Below are positions 23,558-35,700 of a DNA stretch of 64,000 bases, one piece after another. The stretch covers positions 63,550,001-63,614,000 of the forward strand of contig NC_067400.1 in NCBI RefSeq assembly GCF_016432865.1, read 5' to 3'. The DNA comes from Antechinus flavipes. Taxonomy: Eukaryota. A program made the translations under genes and the position numbers. Below the pieces are notes generated by a model that did not search any database, was not told the DNA's origin, and saw nothing but the letters and a program-made list of their open reading frames with translations. Within the stretch, counting starts at the first letter, position 1, and the number at the start of each line of letters is the position of its first letter.

Positions 23558-24185
23558 GGGAATCCACAGCCTTCACTCACCAGCTAATTTCTACCTTGGG
23601 TATCTTCTCTTGGTGGCTAAGTGAGGTCAGCTAAAATTCTCAAAAATACATGTTCTAAGGCAGAGCCTGAATGGGAAGGTGCTCAGAAGGTCCCAAGAAT
23701 ATGTGAACAGGAAGTTCTCTGCCACAGAGACCCCACAGTCCTGAGATCTGGGGACCGCGTGGGGCAAAAAGGGGGGGGGGTGATGCTGATGCTATCTGTC
23801 ACCTAGGTGACCACAGGAGGCCCACTGGTACATCTTTCTGGCAGACCTATGAGCAAAGTGCTTTCTGTTCTGCTCTCTGCCACCATAACGAGCGCTTCCC
23901 GATTTGGGGATTCACAAGTCAGATTTCCAAATGCCATCCCTGGAATTTTATGCTCCAGTTCTTCCCCACATACCTCTGGGGACAGGGAGGGTCACTCTCT
24001 GGGCCATTATCTCCGGTCAGTTATGCTGAACTGTTTATTAATCTATTTACAATCGTTGAGGGTGACCTTGGACAGGAAGCACCCAGCAGAGGAGAGGAGG
24101 GTTAGGGGCTGGGACTTCCTCCTTTGCCCCGGGATCCTCTCTGGTTATCTGGTTTTGGTTTTGCCCCAGGAGGGGGTGGTCCTCC

Positions 24186-25642
24186 CTATATACAGGCGCA
24201 GTGCTGAGTGAGGAGGTTGGGCACCATCTCGTATTTGAAAGAATAGCCTCCATCCAAGGTGGTGCGGACCCGCAGGGGTCTCATGGTGCTGGGCAGAGCA
24301 GCACAGCAGGGCCGGGACCCTGGGCCTGGGGGCAGGGGCTGAGGAGGGGTGAGGGGGGCCCCAGGAGGCAGGGCCGGGGAGGGCACCAGCCCACAGCCCC
24401 CATGGCAGTAATGGAAGAGGAAGCTGGGCGGGTGAACAATCCACTGGTCCCAGCCAAGCTCCCGGAAGGAGATGTTGAGGGCAGCCCGGTGGCAGTCTGC
24501 ATGGGCAGCTGCATCTTCGGAGGGACGCTGCAGCAAGCGCAGGGCGGCCGGGGTCCAGGGCCAGGGGGGCGGCAGAGGAGAGCGACGGGCCCTCTCCCCC
24601 ACACTGGCTGCGCGGGCTCTGGTGTGGGCCACCAGGAAGGGGGTGGCATCCAGCCGGGCCAGGCAGGGGCAGTGGGGGCACCGAAGCAGCAGCACCAGGA
24701 GGGGACGGGTCAGCAGCGGCAGGGCTGGGGCTGCCAGATGCAGCACGGCCCAGCGAGAAGGGGCCGGGCCCAGCAATGTGGGCACCGCCACGGGGCCCCC
24801 CGAAGACATGGCCAGCAGCGTCACAGCGGGGCCCGAGGTGTTGTGCCCTTCGGCACCCGCCCTGGGGAGGCCCGTGTGGAACCACAGTTGGGCGGCCGTC
24901 ACCTGGCGGCTGCGCGTGTGCAGGGAGGGCCGGAAGCTGTAGGTGAACAGGCCCTCGGCCTCTCCGGCTCCGTGCTCACAGTCAGGACCTGCGGAGACAG
25001 AGGGCCCAAGGAGAGAGGGAGCCGCAGCGGCAGGAGCGGGGCCGGGGGCTTGGGGAGAGGGCACCCCGTTGCAGCAGTGACAGAGAAAAGCCCCTTCTCT
25101 CTCGGCCTCAGTCTCCAGCAGCAGTGAGAAGGCTCAGAGATGCTTAAGTAGAGTGTGGGGAGGTCAGGAGAAAGGGAAGGATAAAGGCGGCAAACGTGCC
25201 TCCAAACGTCAGGAAATCTTCCTTGAAAAGACCCCCCCCCTTCCCTTCCCCTGCACACTGATCCTTTTCTGAGGTTTCATCACTCAGAGGTAGAGGTCAG
25301 GAGGCTGGGAGAGAAAAATAGGAAAGGAAGGGGTGCTCAGCCCTGTCCCTTGTGGCCCCCTCGCCCACTCACGGTACCTGTGGTTGGGAAGAGGATGACC
25401 TGTGAGAGGTCCTCTTCACTTTCCCTGCTTCTGCCGCGGGGGCCCCCTGGATGGGCATTTCTGCGGGGCAGGCGCCGGGCCACAGGCTGCCCCCCCTCCT
25501 TGGAGGCGGTGGGGGGGCCCAGAGCATCCAGCACCAGGGTCCTGACCTTGGCCAGCACCAGCTCCCGGTCCAGTTCTGGGCCTTGGCACGTGTGCCCACC
25601 CTCCCTGCCCAGCAGCAGCAGCAGGAGCTGCAGAGGAAGCAT
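24186..25642 (-). CDS. INHA: Inhibin alpha chain precursor (TGF-beta family); exons 25378-25642 and 24186-24988, ~355 aa
   Basis: Signal peptide [11 protein letters not shown]; [16 protein letters not shown]; RRLPRR pro-site; RARR furin site; mature domain with 7 Cys ending [11 protein letters not shown]. The phase-1 intron is GT-AG. An in-frame upstream ATG at 25657 is an alternative start. Confidence 0.97.
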
Positions 25643-26722
25643 GGCCAGGGGCTGCATTGGGACGGCCCAGCCTGAACTTCCTGCTGCCCTCGGCTCCCAG
25701 GTCCTGCTCTTATGCCCACTCCCGGCGGGGGCTCCTCTCCTTCCTGCCCTCCCCACCCCATTCACCCCCACTCTCCCTGCCAGCCCTCCCCACTGCTTCC
25801 CACGCCCGGCGGTCCTTGGCTGGCATTGAGGCCTATCTCTGACGCAGATGTCTGTGGCCCTGAGCCTTATCACCACCCCCGCCTGGAATGCTGGGGGTGG
25901 GGTAAGGGGATGTCTCGCCCCGATGTCCTAGGCACCCCAGAGAGGCGCCCCCTGCCCAGTTCTGCAGACTTCCTGAGGCCGCCCCCGAGGGTGGCAGGGC
26001 CTGGGTGGGGAGCAGGGCTGGAAGGTGGGTTCTCAGGCCCTAAAAGGGGATCTCGGTCCCTTCCAGAGAACCATTCAGTCCCTCAGAAAGCCTCACGACC
26101 CCAGGCAGCTGTGGCCCCTCAGACTGCAGCTGCTCCCTGGGCTTATGGGGAAGAGCGAGGGGCGGGGGTGGTCTCTGTGCTCTATACTTAGCCCGCCGGA
26201 GCCAGGCTAGTGTCTTATCATCCAGCTGTGTCATCAGAGATTATTTTTGGGGCTGGCAGCTGCAGGCTGTGACACTCAGGGCCCAAGCCCCGCCACTGGG
26301 GACTTAGGACTGCAAATGCGGGAGGGAGGGGCCCAGGTTGTGGGGAGGGGGCTGTGGGAAGGCGTCAGTGCAGCCGAGGGCAAGGCAGTGAGTAGGGACC
26401 GCGGCCGGGCCTTGTCTGGACAGGCAGGCGGACCCACAGAACTGCTCCCTGGTTCCGGCTTCAGAGAGAGTGGGAGGCCCCAAAATAGCCTCCCCTGAGA
26501 TTCACCTCCCGCTGGAACTAGAGGGTAAGGAGGAGGGAGGAGGGTGTTGGAGGGACGGGGTGAGGGGTGGGCCGCGGCCACCTGACCACGGCAGCCCCGA
26601 CTCCCACAAGCCCGGGGCCCCTGCTGAGCCAGGCATCCCTCCTGTCCCGATTCCTCCCTCCCTCCGCTTCCTTCCCCTTCCCCAGACCCCTCTCCCACCG
26701 CAGGGGCAGCTGAGCCGCGGCC
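25643..26722. promoter_or_regulatory. Divergent (head-to-head) INHA/OBSL1 promoter interval, ~1.08 kb between ATGs
   Basis: INHA ATG at 25642 (minus) and OBSL1 ATG at 26723 (plus); the interval is GC-rich. Confidence 0.8.
25831..25875 (-). promoter_or_regulatory. INHA: INHA proximal promoter module: GATA / SF-1 (NR5A1) / variant CRE / GATA
   Basis: Minus strand reads TGATAA (25867-25872), TCAGGGCCA (25855-25863), TGCGTCA (25840-25846), AGATAG (25833-25838). This is the order known for the rodent/human inhibin-alpha promoter. Confidence 0.85.
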
Positions 26723-29700
26723 ATGGAAGGGAGAGGCGTTCTCGGGGGTGCCCCGCGCTTCCTGCGCTTCCCAAGGCCGGTCCGGGTGGTGAGAGGCGCC
26801 GACGCCACCCTGCGGTGCTGCCTCACGGGCTCGCCCCCGCCCACCGTCCTGTGGGAGAAGGATGGGCAGCAGCTGGAGGCGTCGGGCCGCCTCTGCTTTC
26901 AGACGGAGGGGGCCGAGCACAGCCTTTTGGTAAGGGGGGCTGGGGCCCCAGACGCCGGCGTGTACGTGTGCCGGGCCCAAAACCCCTGTGGGGAGGCCTA
27001 CGCTGCGGCAGCCCTCGCGGTGCAGGAGCCCCCGGAGGGGCCCCCCGAACCAGCCCAGGAGAGCCCCCCCGCCTCGGCCCGGCCGCCGAGTCCCCCGGAC
27101 ACAGCTTCCGCCTCCCCGCCCCCCGACCCAGCCCGGACCCGCCCCCTTTCGCGGGGGTCCCCAGGCCCGCTTCCCGAGCTCCTGGAAGGGGCCCCCGTGT
27201 TCTTGGAAGGGCCACGATCCCAGTGGGTGCAGCAGGGCGAGGAGGTGACATTCAGCTGCCAAGTAGGGGGGCGGCCAGAACCGGCCGTGCTCTGGGAGAA
27301 GGACGGGCGGCTCCTGGAGGACGTCTGGGAGAGCGCACATTTCTGTCTGACAAAGGGCCCCGACGGGGGCCACGAGCTGCGGATCAGGGGCGTCCGGCTG
27401 CCGGACGCGGGCGTCTACGTGTGTCACGCCAGCAACACGCAGGGCCGCACGCTGGCCGCCGCGCTGCTGCAGATCCGGCCCTCCCCCGAGACCCCCCTGA
27501 GCTCTCCGCGGCAGGGCCGCAGGCACGAGGCGCCCGCCCCCAAGAGCTTCTGGGTGAGCGAGGGCAAACACGCCAAGTTCCGCTGCTACGTGACCGGGAA
27601 GCCGGAGCCCGAGACCGAGTGGCACTGGGAGGGCCGGCCTCTGAGTGCCGGGCGCCGGCGCCTGCTCTACCGGGACCACGATGGGGGCTTCGTGCTGAAG
27701 GTGCTCTACTGCCAGCCCGCCGACTGCGGCCTCTACGTCTGTGCGGCCCGCAACAGCGCCGGACACACGCTCAGCGCGGTCCAGCTGCACGTCAGAGGTA
27801 CAGGGCCCGGACGGGGAGACGCTGGGGGGGCAGGCCCCGCCCCCGAGCCCCAGACCCCCGGGGAGACTGGGCTGTCACCCAATATATATGTGTGTGTGAC
27901 TTTCGGGGGTTCTCCAGGCCTGGGGGAAGGCACCTCAGTGGGGGAGGGGAAGGGGATCCTCAGAGCAGCTCTTGACTTTGTCTCTCTTGCTCTTTGTCTG
28001 TCTCTCCCTCCCTCCTCCCTCCCTCCCTGTCTCTCTCTCCCTCTCCCTTCCTCCCCCCTCCCCTGCCCCGGCCCCAGAGCCCCGGGTGCGCTTTGCAGTG
28101 CCCCTCGAGGATGTGGAGGGCGAGGAGCGCGGGGATGCTGTGCTGGAATGCCAGGTGCCCTCCCGGGGCATTGTCACCACCTGGTACCGCGAGGACCAGC
28201 GCCTGCTGCCCGGCCCCAAGTACGAGATGGGGGAGGCCGGGGTCGTGAGGCGCCTCATCATCCGTGACCTGGAGGCCGACGATGACGGCATCTACCTGTG
28301 TGAGATGCGGGGCCGCGTGCGCACGGTGGCCGCCGTAGCCGTCCGAGGTCAGCCAGACTGGGGGGGGGGGGGGGCGGGGGACGGAGAAAGCCGGCCTCGG
28401 GGATGGGGGGGGGGGGCGGCGGGGGAAGCCGGCCTCGGGGATGGGGGGGGGGGGCGGGGGAAGCCGGCCTCGGGGACCGCCGCAGGGCGGGGGAAGCCGG
28501 ACTGGGGGACGGCCGGGGGCGGGGGAAGCCGGACTCGGGGACCGCCGCGGGGCGGGGGAAGCCGGACTCGGGCCCAGCCGCCTGCGCCCACACCCCCACT
28601 CCTGTCCCAGGGCCCATCACCAGGCGGCTCCCGAGGAAGCTGGACGTGCTGGAGGGAGAGAACGCGGTGCTGTCGGTGGAGGTTCGCGACAGCGAGGCCC
28701 TCGGGCACTGGACTCGGGACGGCCAGGACCTGCCGGCCTCGCCTAGAGTCCTCCTAGCCAGCTCCGGCCGCACACACAGCCTGGTGCTGGTGGGGGTGAC
28801 CCGGCAGGACGCCGGCGTGGTCACCTTCAGCCTGGGCTCCTCTCGCACCTCCTCCAGGCTGAGGGTCAAATGTAAGGACAGCTCAGCAGAGGGGCTCGGA
28901 GACCTGGGGGGGGAGAGGGAAGGGGGGCCGGCACCTGCCAGAAAGAGACAGCGAGGGAAGTCATCAGAAGGCAGAAGAAGGGGTGAGGGAAGAGGAGGCG
29001 AGGGAAGGAGAGACATGGGCATGGGGCTGGCGCTGAGGTGGGGCTGGGGCCCGACACGGCCAGTCCGGTCCTCAAGCAGGGAAGAGCTCTGGTGGGTCGG
29101 GAGGCGGTTACTGAGAAGGCCCTGGGGCCTGGCACATTTTATGTTAGGTGTGAAACAAGTGCCCCCCGGACCCCCAGTGGCAGTCGAGCTGGGCACAGGG
29201 TGCAGCAACACAGCCCTGCTCAGCTGGAAACCCCCCGTGCCGGCCCCTGACACGGCCATCACCTACCGGCTGGAACGGCAAGAGGTGGGCACGGACGCCT
29301 GGGTACAGTGCCTCACCACGGAGGCGGCGGGGGCCGTGGAGGTGCCGGGAGACAGCGTGCCCAGCGAGGGCGACTACCGCTTCCGGCTGGCGGTGGTCAG
29401 TGAGCACGGCCAGAGCCCCCACGTCCTGTTTCCAGGCTCGGTGCACCTGGGTGAGCCCCCGCCTCGTCTCCCCTGCCCTGCCCTCCCTCTGCTCCACCCT
29501 TGTTGCACAGTCTCCCTGCCCCATGCTGTGCCCCGGGCCCCCGCCCCCTCTGACCACGGTTGCTGCCTTCCTTCCCAGTGCCCACGGCTCGGGTGCTAAG
29601 GGGCCTGCAGGACGTACGCGTCCACGAAGGGGACGACGCCGCCTTCTCCCTGGAACTCTCCACCTCGGTGCGAGGCGCCTGGTTCCTGAATGGGGCAGAG

Positions 29701-32700
29701 CTCCAGGCCGGAGCACGGGACAGCAGGCGCAGGGAGGAAGCCCAGGGGTACCGGGTGCAGCAGGAAGGCCCCAAGCACCAGCTGCTCCTCCGGGCCCGGA
29801 GGCTCCAGGACAGCGGGGCCCTCGTCACCTTCCTGTGCCCCGGAGTGCACGTCTCCGCCACGCTTCACGTGCAAGGTGGGAATGGTCGGTCAGGGTCCCC
29901 GGCTGCCAGGGCAAGGGCAGGCCCGAGGCAGAGCCTCGGGATTCGGAGGCCCCGGACTGATGGCCAGAGCCTGCCCTGCCTCTCAGTGCCTGGACGAGGG
30001 AGCAGGGGTCGGATCTGTCCGGGTGTCCCTTTTCAGATCTGTCACACGGAGGGGCGGAGCACGTGGCCCCCGAGGTCCCTCTGCTCACAATCAGTGTTCC
30101 CGGGAAATAATCATCTCAACAGCTCCCGATTCACAAAAAGCTTTCCTTACAACAGGCCTATGGATTAGGTTTGGCTTACAGATGAGGAAACTGAGGCCCA
30201 GGATCACAAGGCTAGTGTCTGGTTCAGGATTCGAACTGACTCCAAGTCCACATGCCATCCCCATGGCTGCGGTGACTCTCTGCCCTTCCAATGGGAACGG
30301 TGTTATTATAATGGGGGTATCTGAAGCTGCGTGAGGCAGGAGGGAGGGGAGGGCTTATGCCAAGGGTTTCCTTGAGGGAGATGGTCCAAGCAGAGCAAGA
30401 AGCTCCGTCTGCCCACCTTAGTGAGGGGACGGACACAGGGACCCTGCCTGATAGCTCAGTGCTTTCTCCCAAACGACAGGAAAGCTTCTTATAAAACCCA
30501 GCCTCCATCTGCAGAAGGCAGAGTGGAGAGAAGGTCCATCTGGGCCAGGGGCAGCGATGGAGACATACCCATAACCAACATTTCTGCCACGCTTTCAAGG
30601 TTCAAGGCCCAGCAGCACAGCCCCCTGTGAAGGGGGCTCTTAAATTACCGAGGAGGAAAGAGCTTACTCAAGCTCCCAGCTCGTAAGTGTGGCAGTAGGA
30701 CGGGCACAGGGCCCTGAACCAACTGCTTTAGGGGCTGACAAGGAAATGTCCAGGATAGAGTAGAAAAGGAAAGTTACCTTCTCGAGTGACTGGTTCTGGC
30801 CAGACCCGATTCCAGCCTGTCCTGTCCTCACTGTGGCAATGGCGGGTCTTGAACCTGCCTGGTCTCCTCAGCCTTGGATACCAAGGCAAAAACAAGGAAC
30901 AAAAGGACTTGGCCCTCCAGCCTCAGGGCCTCAGATTGGGTTGGGTTCTTAATCAGGGAAGCAAATTGGAGTGAATTCTCATTTCCTCTGCATTTCTGTG
31001 TCTGTACCAGGAAACCCAGCTTACCCAGGGGGTTAGGTTGGAGCCCAAATAGTCCAAAGGACCATTTTTTCTAACCAACTTTAAAGTCACTGGGGAGAGA
31101 TAGAAATAGAGACAGAGATGGAAAGAGAAAGACAGAAACAGAGATAGACAGAGAGAGATAGAGACAGGCAGAGACAGAGAGACAAAGGGAAAGACAGGTG
31201 AGAGTCCCGTCCTCCTCCATCCCTGACTGCCCTGCTCTGGAATTCACACATTGGAGGATAGAGGCTCCATGACGTCTAAGTCTCAGTCCAGTAGAGACTA
31301 ATGATTTTCATTGTGACAATGTGCCTGAATTCAGCAACTCATTAATTATAGAGCTATTATATGTTATCAGACTTCAGTATTTCCAGGGGTCAGCTATGGG
31401 ATCAATGTTGGAGTTCCATCCAGTAATACAGATTGTAATCCATCCATACCTGCTCATTCTGGGAGATTCCTATCTATGCCCTCCCAGAAATCCTACCTGG
31501 GGTGAAGGGGGACTCGGCGTAAGTGAGAGCCTTGGGTCCCCTAACATTCCAGGGGGCTGTCCTGACTGTACTGAGGTGACTGTCTGTGGGTCGTCTTTCC
31601 TTGACCGCCCACCCCTTTGTGCAGGTCGTGAACGGTATGGCTTATGCTGCTTCTGACACACACGATTCGCCATAGGTTCTGTGTGCTGCAGCCCACTGAC
31701 ACCCACCTCATACACCCCCTCCCCATCACCCTTTTGTTGACCCACATTTTTGATTCCTCAGAGTTTGAATCATTCTATGACTCACTGCCATATGGCTTCC
31801 CCAAAAGGAGGTTGGAGTTTAAAAGATGAGACACAGGCAGAACCTTGGGGTTGTTGAAAATGCTGTGCAGTCCACTATGTTTGTTCCATTCCATCTGCAG
31901 GGCCCAACCAAGATGGCTATAATAGTGATGAACCCACTCAATGGCCGTCCAACCTTATTACAGAATTTGGATGATAAGACAATTTTTTCTCAGTAGGGTC
32001 AGACTCAAAAAAGAAAGAGCTCCCTGCTGACCACGTGCTGACGCTGGCCACGTGCTGACTTGGAAAATCACAAATCAAACATTATCTATGGTTTTATTTT
32101 ATTTTTATTTATTTTATAAATGTTTCCCAATTACATTTCGATCTGGTTCAGGTTGCACTGGGAACTTTTGATGGGTTACATATAGTATAAGTTTGACACC
32201 TCTGGTCTAGACAAATATATATTATATAGGCTACTTATAGGAAACCCTGCTTATAGATGAACCCTGCCTGTGGTGCAGTGGATAAGATGCAGATTTAGAA
32301 TCAGGAAGAATCATCTTCATGAGTTCAAATCCAATCTCAGCTGCTTCTTAGCTGTGTGACCCTGAACAAGTCATTTAATCCAATTGCCTCAGTTTCCTTA
32401 GCTGTAAAATGAACTAGAAAGGATAAGGATAAACCAGTCTAGTATCTTTACCAAGAAAACCTTAAGAGGTCACAAAGAGAGAGACAAGACTGAAAAATGA
32501 CTGAATGAACAGCAGTGACAAACTTATACATTGGAAAATTGCATTTTTATGTAGTTAGCTATAGTTGGTCTAACACATTAAAATTTACTTATTGGGACTT
32601 CTAACCAAAGAGAGAAAGTCATTGGAGTGGTATGGGTAGGTGGTACATTCCCTTGGCAACATATGACAGGCAGGGTGAAAGCTAATAAAACTAATCATTT

Positions 32701-35700
32701 TATTCCCCATCACTTCAGGTGGGGAGGTCCCGTAGGATGCCTGTCAGGTAATCCAACTTTGTACCTGTGACTCTGCCATTATGATTGTGTTTGTGTCTAT
32801 GTGGTTATGTGTGCCTTTCCTCTGCAGAGCCCCCCGTGAGGATTGTGCACCCTCAAGAAAAGGTTTCCGTCGAGGCCACGAGCCCAGAACAGGTAGTGCT
32901 CACCTGTGAGTTGTCCCGGGCCGGAGCACCTGTGCATTGGTACAAAGATGGAGTGGAGGTAGAAGAGAATAGCGCCTTAGTGCTGAAGAATGAGGGTTTC
33001 CAGTGCCATCTTGTGATCCCTGCTGCCCAGCCACAGCACGGGGGCGAGTTTGTGTGCAAAGCAGGGGACGACTTGGCTTTCTTTATGGTCACCATCAAAG
33101 GTGAGGGCCCAACTGGGCTGGTTTCTGAGCAAGAGGGCTGTAGTCTCGGGGTCCCAGGCTAGATAAAGTAGGAGCAACCTCCTAGCCTGCTCAGCACAAG
33201 GGTCCCTTTCGGAAGGTCTTGCTGAAGGTACATATCGTCAGCCCAATCCTCTGCCCAGTCCATCCCTCACCACCTTGCTTCTGAGAAGCTTGACAGAGGA
33301 GAGTGAGGCAGGAAGGACTACCTGATTGGGAGACAAAACAACTTAGCATCCTTTCACTATTCCACACTAACAGAATCCTAAAATCACAGAAGTTGAAGGA
33401 ACCTTGGAAGTATCTCCCGTGCAAGGATCCCCTTCACAACACATCTGATGATGATAGTCATCCAGAATTTCTTTGACTCTCTAAAGGAGAACTCATCATT
33501 TAATAAGAAACTATTTCACTGAACAGCTAACTCAACTTCACCCATTCATGATCTTTTGCCCCAATCTTCAACTGTTGAGAGCTTCACTCAGCTTCCCAGT
33601 CATCCATGCTCAACACAACCTCAGTACCATCCTTGACTCCTCATCCACACTTACCCCATATAGCCAATCTGCTTTCAAATTCTGTCATTTTTACCTTCAT
33701 TGTCTCAGTCACATATATCTCTACTTCTCTCTACTCATACAGACCATCAACTTGTCTTGACTATTACAATATTACAGGAGATTATTACTGCCTCTTAAAT
33801 CACGGTTCCTGCCCCAAGTCTTTCCCCACTGCCAAGTATCTTCCACTGAGCTACCAAACTGGTTTTCCCATAGGGCAGGTCTGACCATGTCACACCTCTT
33901 TTCAATAAACTCTAGTAGCCCTTTCTTGCTTTTAGAATCAAAAATAAAATCACTTTTAGTCTTTAAAGTCCTTTGCTAATGGTTCCTCCCTACCTTTCAA
34001 GCCTTCTTGCACTTCCCAGTCCTTCACACACTCTTTGATCAGTCTACACTGGCTTGTTTGCTGATTTTCACACGGGACACTCTTTCTCCCAACTTAGAAC
34101 ATTTGCACTGAGTTTCCCACCATGTCCCTCCTCATCATCTGTATCTCTCTGGCTTCCTTAAGGACCAATTTAAGTTACACATGCTTTAGAGATCCTCCCC
34201 TGGTTCCTTTCACTGTTAGAGCCTTTCTTTTTAATGGCTTTCTATCTATACTGTACATATTTTATATATATATATATCTTGTCATTTGCCTTTTTTTTCC
34301 CACCCCCCTCATTAGAATATGAGTCCTAGCATGGTATTCTTTTTAATTCCCATAACTCAGCACAATGCTTTGCGCATAATAAGCCCTTACTAAATGCTTG
34401 TTAATTTGATTTGCTCTTCAGAACATTGTGCTAAATCCCAAAGCATGTAAAAGGGAAGAAAGAAAAGTAGCTGCCCTTATAAAGCTTGCAGCACTATGGA
34501 CAAGAAGACTGATTGTTACAAATGCTTTCTTTATTATCTGGCCCAAATCTCTCTCTCTCTACATTCTACCTGTGTGACTATAGGCAAGCCACTTCTATTG
34601 TCCTCAGTTTCCCTCATATGAAAAATGAGAGGGTTGGACTAGAATTCAAAACTTTTTAAACTGTGAGTTGCAGCCCTACAGAAGTGCATAAGTGCACGTG
34701 GGAGTCAGGAAATTATGATTTATTATCAGTAAATGCTTTATTTGTATGTCTATTTTATAGACCTATATTTAGCCAGAGTCATATAAAATTTTCTCAGGCA
34801 AAAAGGGGTTACGAGTGGAAAAAAGTTTTAAGAAAACCTGGACTAGATTATCTTCAAGAATCCTTCTAGCTTTAAACCCTATAGTCTTGTGGTATAGAGA
34901 GACCCCAGGGAACCAAACAGCTTTTACAAAGATATCTGATAGTTACTGTGACCCATGAATTCTATCCTATCCCTGAAATTTCTGTGCCACAAGCTCATTC
35001 TAGGGACTCAACTCTCTGGGCAGATAAACAAACACATTCCCTTCCCCTCAGTCTCTACAATGTATTTATTTGCATTTGTGGTCTCCATCTTCTCCAAACT
35101 CTGGCCTGGTCTTCAACTTCCAAATCCTGCATTTTGTTCTGACCTATTGGTTCCCTGCAGTGGACCCTACTGATCACCTGTGGCCAGAGGGGAAGGGATT
35201 CCAAGTGGGCTCCTAATTACAATCACTAAGGTAGTTTGCTTTCATCTGTGGGTGAAATGAGTAGATTCTGGTACGGATGAGATCTCTCCCAATGAGCCAC
35301 ATTTGGGATTCAGTTCTGACTTTGTTAATATGTCCTAGAACTGACTCATCTTGTTTGTCACTGAATTAATTTTATCGTGAAGAAGTTCAAAGTACTTAAC
35401 TCCTAGTTAACAGTCTTCAGTGCTGAGAAAGATAAACACTTAGACTTGGCCTTTGTAAGGGAGAACAAGGACAGAGCTGAAAATCTACCGAAAGACACAA
35501 AACGGCCGTACCTACATCCCCAGACCTCAGGAGCCATGAGGAAGGGAAAGGGGGAAATATTCATTTTGTCTATTTTGAAAAATCATAAGCAAAATCTCCA
35601 TACCTTGCATCAAGCTAAATGTTTTACATTTGAGGAACTGACTTTCCTGGCCACACCCCAACAAAAGCTATCCTTGGCCCAGAATTGTAACTCTGTATTT

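Noticed and set aside
24201-25127. 308-aa plus-strand ORF
   Set aside because: Antisense shadow of INHA exon 2.
26276-27790. 504-aa minus-strand ORF, and the 501-aa alternative plus-frame ORF 26470-27975
   Set aside because: Shadow frames of GC-rich OBSL1 exon 1; low-complexity G/P/A/R content with no recognisable domain.
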